Below, piece after piece: positions 33,500-45,300 of a stretch of DNA of 64,000 bases. The notes below the pieces were generated by a model. The model searched no databases. It was not told where the DNA came from and saw nothing but the letters and a program-made list of their open reading frames with translations. The position numbers and the translations under genes were made by a program. The DNA lies in NCBI GenBank assembly GCA_000004985.1, contig GG738851.1; one strand, 5' to 3'. Origin of the DNA: Naegleria gruberi. Its lineage: Eukaryota. How positions within the stretch are numbered: position 1 is the stretch's first letter; the number at the start of each line of letters is the position of its first letter.

Positions 33500-34663
33500 T
33501 CAACACAACATTGCCGGCTGCAACATTCGAATAGTTGTGTGTGGTGCAGTTGAAACTGTATTCGAAACTGTTGAAGAATCCTTGTTTCTCCCAACACTGT
33601 GATTCACCACTGTTGAACCAACACAAACCAGATGTTTCACCCTCGCCGATAACATCTTCATCTCTTCATATCCAATTTTACAGTAAGAAAGGTTTAAATT
33701 GATTAATTTGTTTAGGTGGAAACTTTCAGCAATGAATTGTGAGCTTTCTGGACCTAATTTACAAAAGGTCAGGTTTAAATTGGTCAGATTGGAAAGGTAG
33801 GGACTAGAAGATAATTGTTTTGTACCATTATCAGTAATTTCACAATGAGAAAGGTCTAGGTGAATTATATTCGAAAGGTTTCGGCTATTGGACAAGGATT
33901 TGATTCCTTCAAGACCAACTTGGGAGAAAGTTAGATCGAGATGAGTTAGTTGTGTAATGAATTGACTTTGGGAAAGTTGTTTGGCGCCTTCATCTCCTAC
34001 CAAACAGTTTCGTAAATTGAGAGAAAGTAGACGAAAGAAATTTGGAGATGAAGATAAATGATAGAGAGCTTCAGGAGTAAGAGAACAATCGCATAGATCC
34101 AATACTTTCAGATGGGAAAAGTTTGTTGATTGGCAAAGTAATTTGACTCCATCTACACCTATCAAACAACCAGAAAGAATTAGAGACGAAAGTAAACGAA
34201 TGTTTGGACTATCTGCAAGAATTTTGATTTCTTGAGAGGTTACTCTGCATCGAGTTAAATTCAAGTGTTGAAGAGATTTCATTGATGGAGAGGATGAAAT
34301 TAATTCCAAGGAGTTTCCAATAATTGGGACGAAACTGAAATCTAACCTTTGTATACGAAGACAAGTATCAAATCTTTCACTTTTCAAAGTTTCCTCGAAT
34401 ATACTTGCTGCTCTCCTTGTTTTCACTCTAATAGAGAATGGTACTTTCCAACAAGATTCGTACCATTGTTTCGAAATTAAACTACACTTTCCAATAATTA
34501 TTTCAGATGGAATATACTTCAATATTTCAATAATAATTTCATCAGGAATATCAATCAAAACCTGATAATTCCTCTGATAGCTCTTTGTTTGTTGTTGATC
34601 AACAACATGTTTCGAATAACATTGATCCATTTCGTATGATGTTTTCTTTACCAAGTGCATCAA
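33500..34663 (-). CDS. F-box / leucine-rich-repeat protein (RNI/cysteine-containing LRR type)
   Basis: 387-aa ORF. N-terminal F-box LIDIPDEIIIEILKYIPSEIIIGKCSLISKQWYESC, followed by about 10 LRRs of the form LxxLxLxxCxIxDxGxxxL. Confidence 0.75.
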   Translation of the reverse strand: MMHLVKKTSYEMDQCYSKHVVDQQQTKSYQRNYQVLIDIPDEIIIEILKYIPSEIIIGKCSLISKQWYESCWKVPFSIRVKTRRAASIFEETLKSERFDTCLRIQRLDFSFVPIIGNSLELISSSPSMKSLQHLNLTRCRVTSQEIKILADSPNIRLLSSLILSGCLIGVDGVKLLCQSTNFSHLKVLDLCDCSLTPEALYHLSSSPNFFRLLSLNLRNCLVGDEGAKQLSQSQFITQLTHLDLTFSQVGLEGIKSLSNSRNLSNIIHLDLSHCEITDNGTKQLSSSPYLSNLTNLNLTFCKLGPESSQFIAESFHLNKLINLNLSYCKIGYEEMKMLSARVKHLVCVGSTVVNHSVGRNKDSSTVSNTVSTAPHTTIRMLQPAMLC

Positions 34664-34988
34664 TCACTTGCCGAACAACAAAACAACATAGAATTTGCTG
34701 CCTCCTTAAAAACATTCAGGCTCCAAACTTTGCGTGTCAGTGAAAAGTCCAACCATTCAAAGTTCATTTGGGTGTAAAACAGAAAAGGAAAGAATTTAGA
34801 TGCGTTTGACTAAATCATGTCGCATATCGGTTATTGATGATAATGAAATATGAAAGTGAGGCTTTGGAGTATGAAGAAAACAAATAGTAAACAAAAAAAC
34901 AAGTAATTCACAAAAACAATGAACAAGGATTAAAGGATATACAATTCAGAAATTAATTATTTGGATAAAGGCAGGATTTGCAAAAGGT

Positions 34989-35062
34989 TACAGCGAGCGG
35001 GGCTTGAACCCGCGACCTTAAGCGTGTTAGGCTTACGATCTAACCAACTGATCTATCGCTGC
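34989..35062 (-). tRNA. tRNA-Val (anticodon AAC)
   Basis: Reverse complement is GCAGCGA TA GATC AGTTGGTTA GATC G TAAGC CTAACAC GCTTA AGGTC GCGGG TTCAAGC CCCGC TCGCTGT A. The anticodon loop CT-AAC-AC is identical to eukaryotic tRNA-Val(AAC). The acceptor stem closes with a G-T wobble. Confidence 0.8.
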
Positions 35063-35835
35063 TTCACACTTTATTTCTGTAATAAATATAATTTTCATGT
35101 TCATATCTTTGGAACTTAATTTAAGAAAAAGAGTATTTTAAAATATATGTTGGAAAGATTGCTACTGTACCTTACTCAACAAATAAAGACATGTAATTTG
35201 ATATAAGTTTACCAGATACGTTTTATCACACTATTATACATCTTGGATCAATTTCACTGTTAGAATAGAATTCAATATGATCATCATAGCATCTGTCAAA
35301 TTGTCACAATTCAATAAAACGATTACACTCCATCTCAGTCAATTTACAAAATACCATACTAGTAATACACTCCCCTTGATGAGGAGAACGGTCTGAGAAA
35401 GTTTCTAATTGACAGCTCAGTATCTTCAAGTCAACTAAGTAACCTTAGAATAGACAAGTCAATTAAATACATAAAGTCAACAATTTAAAATTGAAAAATA
35501 GTACATATTGAACTCTTCTCTGTGTTGCTCTGTTGAACCACTAATTCTCTTTCCAAATAATTTCCAAACGAATATTTAATTTTGAATTTGATGATCATGT
35601 AGTTTCCGTTCTTTCTACTATTCAGAATAACAATTATTAAGGGGCGAATAAAAATATTTTTGAATAACAAGGGGCGTCTACAAACCGTAAATAATATCGC
35701 TGTAAACTCACTGTACTCGATTTCTTTATTATTTCATTCTTTTCTTATTTGGCCCTGTATATATATCATGGATTTATGAATTTATTTGTTCTCACTATTA
35801 CTATTACGACAATAGACTTTTATCTGCTTAAAAAA

Positions 35836-38523
35836 ATGAATGAACATGCAATTCTCACCACTCGTCTCGCCAACGCTCCCTACAAAATCTTCGACTGGGA
35901 TCAAGAAGAGCCTCCTCTCTCTCATGAAAAAGTCATTGAAAACCACTACACTGCTGATGAGATTATTGATGAAGGTATTTCTCCAAATGAATATGGAAGG
36001 GCAAAGTTTATTTCCGAAGCCTTGATGATTGAAAATAGTGGTGTAACAAGACCACCAACAAGTCATGAAGATGATGAACCAAAGTTTTGGAGGAGAAAGG
36101 ATTTGTTGATTCCTGGAAAATCAATTCAAATTTCTTCAAAGATTACGACGGTGCAATTGTTGAACGAGGAAGAGCCTATTGAAGAAAGTGATGATGATTA
36201 TGAGGAAGATGGTTTTGAAACAATGGTCAATCAAGATCGTTGTATTTATATTGGAAGCATACTGTCCGAAACAGAATGTAGTGATTTGATTGATTCCACA
36301 TCAAGATTGGGATATGAGAAAATTGATAAGGAATATCCAAAGGAATATCTTAATAATGAGAGAGTTTTGGTCAAGAGTAAGAAACTTGCAGATATAATTT
36401 GGTCTCGAATTGTTCCATTCTTGAAAAAGTCTGATATTGATGGTGTGAAACCTTATGGTTTTGATAATGATGGTTGTTGGGTTCCTTGTGGAATTAATGA
36501 AGTTTTAAGATTCAACAAGTATAGTCGTGGAAGTTTCTTTAAACCTCACACTGATGCTCAATTCGTTAGAAATGATAATGAAAAATCAATCTTTACAGTG
36601 TTGATCTATTTGAGCTCCTTTTCTTCAACTACAACCTTTTTCCAAAAGGTTGGAGAGAAGATTGAGGATAATAATATTTCTTTTGATTTCAAACAGTTGG
36701 CGTGCATCGACTCAAAAGAAGGAAGTGTTGGTAAGTTGAACAGATTATTGCTAAATAATAATTTAAAGCCATATTTAACCATAATCTCTATCATGCCGGC
36801 GAAAAAATGGCTTATGGATCAAAGTATGTTGTGAGAAGCGAAATTATCTTCAAGAGAATTGATAAGGATAGTATTTATAGTATGGATTATAGAAATAGTG
36901 AAGAATTCAAACGGGTAAAGAAACTCATTGATGATAGCTACGAGTTGGAACGTCAAGGTAATTTAACCCAATCCACCATCAAATATGTCCAAGCTATGGA
37001 CTTGTCCCACTCCATTCAAAAAAAATCAAATAGAAAATTGAGTTTTATTGAAGAAAATCTTCCTGAAGAGATATTCGTTCACATATTTAACTATTTAACA
37101 GATGAAGAGGTCTGTAAAAGTGTCATTCCTATCAATTCTGAAATTAATTCAATTGCTAGATATGAAAACATGTGGGAACAAAGATTTTCTAATAAGTGGG
37201 GATCTAACACATTGGAAAAGTCAATCCTTGATAGAGCTATTAGCGTTAAATACGGTGAAAATTATGAACCTACCAATGAAGAGAAGATTGTATTTCATAG
37301 TAAGGAAAATGAAATTATCAATCTTCTTCAAAAAGATTGGTATAATGCATTTTCAGCCAGATCAAATATGGAAAAATCTTTCAATGCTGTACTTTTAGAT
37401 CTTGGACAACATACTTACAAGTATGGATTAGCAAGTAATAATACATATTGGAGATCAATGACAGCTGTCGGTGAACCTAATCATCCTGACTTTTATTTAC
37501 CATCCTATGGATTTGACGACGTTCTAACAGGGGATAGATTTTTTAACGCTCAATACCATTGTGGATTGAAACCGTTCTTTAACTCTAAAGGAGTACCCAA
37601 GAAGAAGTTGTTCAAAATATTCCTTTATCAGCTCTATAAGGAAGATTTAAGAGTTAAATTACAAGAACATCCTCTTCTCATGGCTGTTCCTCCTCACTGG
37701 GATAAAGAATATTTGAAAAAGGTAGAACAGGTTGTGGTAAGTTTTCTATATTGAAAATTATATTTAAATTCATTGATAGTTTTCTTTAGGTATTCCAGCA
37801 GTTCACTTTGTAAACTCGTTCAAGTTACTTGCATTGTATTATCAAAAACCAACATCCTTAATTCTTAGTGCAACACCATATGGATCGACATGTGTACCAG
37901 TTGTAGATTGTGAGGTTAAGACTGCATGTATGGATATGAATGTGTTTAACATGTACGAGAAGAATAGGAATATGAATAAGGATATGAAATATTTTGAAAT
38001 GACTTTCTGGGCGAAGGTATCAGAATTTTTGAAAATTGCCCCTTGCAGTCCTAGCCAAGATCAACAAGAATTCAATGAATTTGCACAAAACGTTGAACCT
38101 TTCGAATGGATTCCACACCACATGGTTTCACCAGCCAATCAAAGAGCCAATATTTCGGAATTTTTCTATTCTCATGTATGGGAAAATGTACAAAAATCAA
38201 TTACCTTAATTCGTAATCATCAATCTCTTTCCAATATCGAAAAAGAGCTAATGCTAAACAATATTGTAATAGTTGGTGGATTCTCAGCATTGACAGGATT
38301 TAGAGAAAGAATCAAGAAGGACATTTTGGAATATCTTGGAAATGAATACTCTCCATCATTTACTTTTAGAGAGCATAAGGTTGATTATTCTGTCAGAAAA
38401 ATAGGTAACAAGGTCAGCATTGTTGGACAAGATATGGACGTAGTTGGAGGAGCTAGAATTGTTTCCAATCTCTCAAACTTTAGAGAAATTTGTAGTTACA
38501 AGCAAGTAGATAACAAGTGTTAA
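35836..38523 (+). CDS. fusion protein: prolyl-4-hydroxylase-like 2OG-Fe(II) oxygenase domain + F-box + complete actin-fold domain; 3 exons
   Basis: Exons: 35836 (ORF opens at 35749 with TTG; the first ATG is at 35836)..36730, 36769..37736 and 37825..38523. Introns are 38 and 88 nt (gtaagttg..tttaaag, gtaagttt..ttcaag). The P4Hc motifs span intron 1 in frame: RFNKYSRGSFFKPHTDA (HxD) ... SVA|LIFNHNLYHAGEKMAYGSKYVVRSE (second His plus basic residue). The F-box is LPEEIFVHIFNYLTDEEVCKSVIPINSEINSIARYENMWEQRF. Actin-fold blocks are LDLGQHTYKYGLASNN, LRVKLQEHPLLMAVPPHW, LSATPYGSTCVPVVDCEVKTACMD, IVIVGGFSALTGFRERIKKDI and DMDVVGGARIVSNLSNFRE. The protein is about 853 aa. Confidence 0.7.
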
Positions 38524-38580
38524 CTAGCCAACCAGTAATTGATATTACATTTACATTTGATAGAAATGGAAAATCATTAT

Positions 38581-38620
38581 CTGATGTGGCTCAACGTCTG
38601 AGGGATGAGGTGTAGTAGTC
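38581..38620 (-). pseudogene. truncated 5S rRNA-like fragment
   Basis: ctgatgtggctc[aacg]tctga-gggatgaggtgta matches internal parts of the two 5S genes at 48.9 and 50.4 kb in the same orientation, with an internal deletion and without either end. Confidence 0.5.
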
Positions 38621-39342
38621 AACTGTGTAAACATATCTTATATATATTTTGTAAACACTTAATTCCATACTCGAATATTCCCTCAATAACTTGCCATTTC
38701 TTTCCTTCACCATGTGGACATGTAAATTCCAATAATGTGTCATCTACTGCATACTGAATATCCCCTTTTTTTATTCGAAACGTGAATAGGAATTTTGTGC
38801 TTACTCGCTGATTAAAAGTGCACTATTTGTCAGAAGCAGATAATTTTAGCTTATCTGTGAAGCACGTACAAATCAAGTGTGACAACTCTATTAATTGAGA
38901 AAGTTGAAACAGTGGCAGCAAACAAAACAAAATGTCAAGCGAAATCATAGCAACCAATAGCAAGAGCAGTATTCTTATTACTGGATTACAATATTACAGG
39001 ACCTCAATCTTTAAATTATGATCAAGTAGCTGAGATTATTTAGAAAGTTATTGGAAGACAAATTACTTGGGCTAGAATTGATGAAATTGACATTGGCTGG
39101 TGAGATTATTCCAATTTTATAAATTGAATGGAATGTCTGCTAATGTACATGCAGATTTTGACACTAGAAACCGAGATCTTTGGAACAATTCATTCAAGAA
39201 AATAAACATCATTTTGAATAATATGGAACAAACATGGATCTAAAATTTGATCCTCCAGATCTTCATTAATTTGAAAAAGACTTTTCAGCATCTTTAGATG
39301 ATGGTCTTATTGGTAATTGTGTCAGTATTTAACCGGTGAGAT

Positions 39343-42300
39343 TTAAATTTCCAGTTTGGCTTGTTTGAGTAGATTTTCCTTGTAATTTACAATTTCTTGA
39401 TAGGTCTTGAATTGTTGTGTAAAAATGAATCTAGAAAGAGTATCGCTCAGATTGAAACGAATTTGATTTTGAAGAGATTCTATTGATTCTGTGATTGATT
39501 CTTTCAAACCTTGTGGGAAGTTCATTGTCTTTTTACTTCCCATATTTTCTGCACTTTCTAATTCAACATTCAAATTATCTACAGAATCTAATCTCTTGAC
39601 TAGAGATGCGAATAATTTAGAGCAATCTGATGAAATATTAACTTCTTTCAAGGCTCCCATCTGAATATAAGTAACATAAATATGATTAATGACAGTTTTG
39701 ACTTGTTGGAAATCATTCAAACTTTCAAGAATGTTTTGGTTATTTCTGAGTTCCAAATATAATTGTAAATTTTCGAGTGAATATTCTTTTTCACAGAACC
39801 ATTCAAATAATTTCAAACCTTCACTATGCTCAATGAGCTTTCTAATATCGTCATCATCATCCTGTTTCTCCAATTGTTTTTTCTTGAATTTTTGAATGAT
39901 TAGAATAACCAAAGAGTAACCACCAAACACAAACAAATAACTAAACATGTACAAAATGTCAAACAGTAATGAGATGGAATCATTCAAGAGCAACATCTTT
40001 AGGGAATTTTCTTTTCTGAATGACAATCCTGACAGGCCAATGATTTGTGAGATTACCAAACACGTAAAACACATTACAAATAGACACATTTCAGCTCTAA
40101 AGTAAAGTGGTGAATCCAACCTTGTAAAAGCTTCACGAATTCCATATAGTGGCATTCTTAGAGCTTTTTTAGTTGCTGTGAAATTTTCAAATTTTTCTAA
40201 ACTCTTGCCAGTTATTAAATCATTTAAGGAAAAGTTGAGATTTGTTTTTTCATTATTCTCCTGACCTTGTTGTATAATTTCTCTTTCTTTTCTCTTTGAT
40301 ACGCATGTCATTATTAATTCTAATCCAATAATGCAACAAGTGATGAATCCTAATAAGAGAATGGAGCAGGTAAAGGAGATAGAAACAATATGAGTATAGG
40401 TCAAGCTTGTAATAACCCCAACACGAATAAGAATTACCCATAATACCCAATAAATCACATTCAGTGAAATGAAAAGACACATGAGTATTAGCATTACTCT
40501 TGTTGAAAGGAATAATTTTGTCAACTTGAGAATAGTTTCACCCTTTGGCTCTTTAGAATGGAACATAATATATATTTGATGATAAAAGTATTTCAGTACT
40601 TGGAATCTCACAACTTGATATAAATATGAAAAAAAAGCCGTTAGTGTCATTGTGTTTACAATAATTGTAAAAATATTGGAAATAATATTAGCAACCAAAT
40701 CACCATTCTGTAATTGAATAACTGTTGATTGACTTTGTTCAAAATCCTGCTGATTGCCAATAACACTATTGGCATAGCCCAGTAAAATTCCTCTCTGAGT
40801 GATTAACAGCATTGAACATTCAATAATGAGAGCTGTTATTCCAATATAAGGCGTAATAAATCTACTTCTTACTAGAATTGATTTTCTAAAGGTAACCAAA
40901 AGTGTAAGTATTGTAAGTGAAAGAAGCAAGAATAAACTACCAAATGAAATTTGGGCAATGTAGAGAGAGGAAATTTGCCTGAGATATTCAGTAGATGATG
41001 GGGTTTCTTGTTCAATAAATGCTGCAAAGAGAGTAGCATGATTACATTGGCAGATTAACTGATTAGTTTTGTTGTTAAAACTGAAAATTGAACATCCGTG
41101 GCTTTCCCATCTTTGGTTTGTTTCGTTCCAAAATTGACAACTTAATAACGAAGAATTCGAAATGGAAGAGTTAGTATCTATAGTGAATGTGATGTAAATA
41201 GGATCTCTTAGGTCGGATAAAGAGATTTGTGAACCAGATTTGTACATTGTAAATTCTTTTGATTTGGTTAATTGTGTGGAATTTCCATTGATATATAAAT
41301 TTTCATCAAATGTAATAAGAGACAAACCAATTTCGGAATAATAACCATCATATTTCGAAAGTATATAATCTGTAGCAAAGGAAACATCATTATATATTTG
41401 AGAAATGGTTCCAGTGTTAGATGTTTTGAAAAAGCTTGTAGTTGTTATGTTGATTAGATGTGAAATATAGGAATTAGGCACCATTGAATCTGAATAAACC
41501 TTTGCGTTTTGCTGACTGAGGATAATGGAAGATAATTGATTGCAGATATTCGATATATTAACGTATCCATTCAGCAAAATATTGCTCGTAGTTGATAATG
41601 TATTGAAAAGGTCAGTATCGGACATTCTTTGCTTGGATATAAACCCATTTGAATTCTTTTCAATTCTAACTTGTTCATATACTTTGGACAAGTACTCGTC
41701 TAATTTAGAACTCACTATGTAAGCTGATTTTGTTTCCAAGGAACTTGATGTTAATTGATTAATGACAGAAAGTGTCAAAGAAGGATTTTCGAATTGAATG
41801 TTAATGCTTCTAATGGATTCGTAAAGAATATCTGTATTTTGATTTGCTGATTGATCATATGGTACAATATTGGCCAAAACATTGTTAAGCCTAATTCTCA
41901 AAATCAAATCGTTCAAATCCTCAGAGTTTGGGATCACTTTCACAGAGCCAATAAATTCAGGATATTCATTAAAGAGACTATCTCTACAAATGACATATAA
42001 ATTAATTGAACTAAATGACATGTCATTTGTTCGATTATTTTGAATGAAAGGAAGATAGGTGGTGAGAGAGCTATTAGTGGAAAACTCACTCAGTCTAATC
42101 AAACTGTTCTCTCCAAATGAGTTTATGAACTCGAAACCGAAAGAGAACTCAAGATTGCCAAGAATGGGATCTGGTACTATCCAATTATTTAAATCTTCTT
42201 GAATTGTGAAAAGTGATGAAAGAGCCATACCTGATTGAGGTAAAATGGTGGCATTCGAATGGATTCTTTGGGGTGGTGAAATTAAAGGAAAACTCTCAAC

Positions 42301-45300
42301 AAATTCTACAGATTCTGTTATATTCATAGAGTTGTGGAATTTGACACTTAAAGTAACATTTCCTTGAAGTGAAGATGTAGTTCCTTTCAAGGAAAGAATA
42401 GGTCTAAACGAAAGTTTGAATAGTCCATTGGAAACCTTTCCATGATAATAAGCTATCAAAGATTCTGGCACATAAAAACTAGTTTGATTACCATCACTTA
42501 TTTTCCAAGAATACTTTAAATTTGTCCAAGTACAATTCGTGCAATTATTAGAATTAATAATCGATTCAAAATCTCCCTTTTTAAGAATCACAGAAACAAT
42601 GGACATATAAAATGAATTACTAGTTCCCTTAACAAAACCAGCAGGTTTTCCAATGATTTCTAATGACCTTTCTTCTCTACATTCGTTTCCAACAAATTTC
42701 ACTCCTTCATGACACTTGCAAGTATCAATTCCAATACATTTTCCATTTCCTGAACACACATTCGGATCATTAGATAGTTTTCCAAAGCAGGATGTTAAAT
42801 TACAGACTAATCCTTCTGGTGATTGAGTAAGGATATAGTATTCTTCTTTACAATAAGGAGAAAGCATTCGTATACGGTCATTGCCTGAATCTGAAAATAT
42901 TATTCTACCGTCGCTCAATACTGATAAACCCTGTGGATTGTTAAGATATGCTTGTTTAGCATCGGAATCTCCATTGAATCCTGCTGTTCCATTACCAGCT
43001 ATTATTGTACTATAGCCATTTAAATCTACTTTTCTAATGACATTGTTGTTGGTGTCAGCAATCAACATTTCGCCATTTGACATGTAAGTGAATGAGATAG
43101 AATAACCAAAGGTTGTATTTGTAGAAAAGGTTGTTTGATTCAATAACATTGAATCAATAACGTAACCACATTCCTTTTTCCCTGCTACTCGAGTCAAAAT
43201 TCCAGTTCCTGAAATATTAGTTTTCAATATACTACATCTGTCACTAAAAACTAGCTCATTATTCCTTATTTTCATATCGTAAATGTCTAAACTAGTATAG
43301 TTTGTTGGTACATTGTCTTCCATTTCCACATAATTGTAATTACCAGCAAATGTTGTAATAATTCCACTTGAGAATGAAACTTTTCTAATTCTATAAAAAC
43401 TATCTGACAGATAAATTTCATTATCAGTGAGGGCTAATGCTCTCACAAACCCAACGTAAGCATTGACAGCTAATCCATTATCACCAATACCACCTGCAAT
43501 AGTTTTAACAAAACCAAATGGTGTAACCTTTCGAACTCTATAAAAATCAGTATCACTAAATATCAATTCATTTGTAAATGGAGAAAATGCCACTCCAAAT
43601 GGATGGTTGAGGTTTGTACTAGTTGCCTCCAAATCTCCAGAAAATGGAGGTTGGACAACTCCTTTGGCTCCAGTTCCAGCCACGTTATACACCACATCTG
43701 ATCCATAATTCATCTTTTTGATAATGTGGTCAAGATATACAGCAACGAAGAGATCACCATTTGGAGAGAAGATAATTTGTGAAGGAAAGTTTAAACATGT
43801 TTTGTTTGCATAGCTTGTAGTACTGAAACCAGTGCATCCAGGAATATAGCCAATAACTGTCTTGATTAATCCCTTACTATCAATTTTTCTAACCATAAAT
43901 GAGTTCATATCTGAGAAGTAAATTTCATCTGTAATTGGGTGAACTGAGATTCCAAAAGGTGCTATATTGGTTGCTAGAGCAGCAAGACCATCTCCATTAT
44001 AGGAATAAACCCCAGTCCCAGCAATTGTTGTTATTAGACCAGTACTGTTACTAATCTTTCTAATTCTGTAATTTTCAGAGTCACAGAAAATAATATCACC
44101 ATTAGTTTCGTTGTAATAAACTCCTGTTGGCCCATTTAGAGGGGCAATAATTGCAGGACCCCCATCTCCACTATAACTACGGACACCAGTACCAGCGACG
44201 GTGGTTACTTGATTCGTCTTGGCAGTGAACTTTCTAATTCTTTGATTGTTTAGATAGTTGCCAAAAAACAGCATACCATCGCTTATAGAATCAGAAATTA
44301 ACAAATCGCCATTCGATAGGCAAGTGATGGCAGATGCAAAACCTATCCTGGCAGTTAATGCATCCCCATCTCTGTATCCTGATACTCCATCTCCAATGAA
44401 TGTTGAGATTATGCCATTCGAATCAATCTTTCTAATAACATAATTTCCAGCATCCACAATGTAAATATCACCTGTTGGACCAACACAAACACCTCTTGGT
44501 TGTGACAATTGAGAATAGATACCTTGATAACCATCACCAGCTAAGGTTGTCCTTGTTCCAGCAATAGTGACAGCTCTTTGATCGCTCTTTCTCAGTTTCA
44601 TAACCAAATTTTCAGATCCAACGTAAATGTCACCATTTGATAGAGATTGTACAACTGATCGCGGATAAATTACATCTGTTTCATTTCCAAAATTACCATC
44701 TGCAGAATACGCTCTATTACCAGTACCTAAAATTGGTTCAATCTTTGAGGAAGTATAATTTGATAGAGAATTCAATCTTATAACTCTGCTATTTCCCCAA
44801 TCAGCAATCAGTAATTCATCAGTTTGAGAATTGTAAAAAGTTCCTCTTGGTCTATACAAAGCTACAGAGCTTCCAACAATACCCATATATTTTCTCAAGC
44901 CATTTCCTGCTAATGTTGTAATTATTTTTGTATCCAAATCTATTCTACGTATTCTAAAATTGGAAGTGTCTGCAACGTACAAGAATCGTCCAGAAATAGC
45001 CAATCCTGTTGGATTATTCAAAGTTGCATTGATAGCAAGACCTCCATCTCCACCAAAAGCAGCCACTCCAGCATCGTTGGCCACAACTGTACGTACACTA
45101 TTCGAAATCTTTACAATTTGATGAGTTGACTCTGCCAAGTAGAAGTCTCCAAATGAGTCAAAAACCATTCCAATTGCCCCATTTGTACCACTATACAATG
45201 TGAATATTCTTCCTTCATTGGTGATTCTTCTGACCCTGCCAGTTTCTTCCAAATAAATTAATTCTCTAGTTAGTGGATGGAAAGTTAGAGTCAAAACCTT

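Noticed and set aside
34989-35062. The tRNA-Val could be a pseudogene because the acceptor stem closes with G1-T72
   Set aside because: A single G-U wobble at the first pair of the acceptor stem is tolerated in functional tRNAs. All other stems and the conserved loop nucleotides are intact.
35749-35835. ORF-track Met starts at 35749, 37834, 54704, 59930, 4005 and similar positions
   Set aside because: At these positions the first codon is TTG or GTG, so the track allows alternative initiators. They are internal exon sequence or intron read-through, not real ATG starts. Gene models were anchored on true ATGs and splice phases instead.
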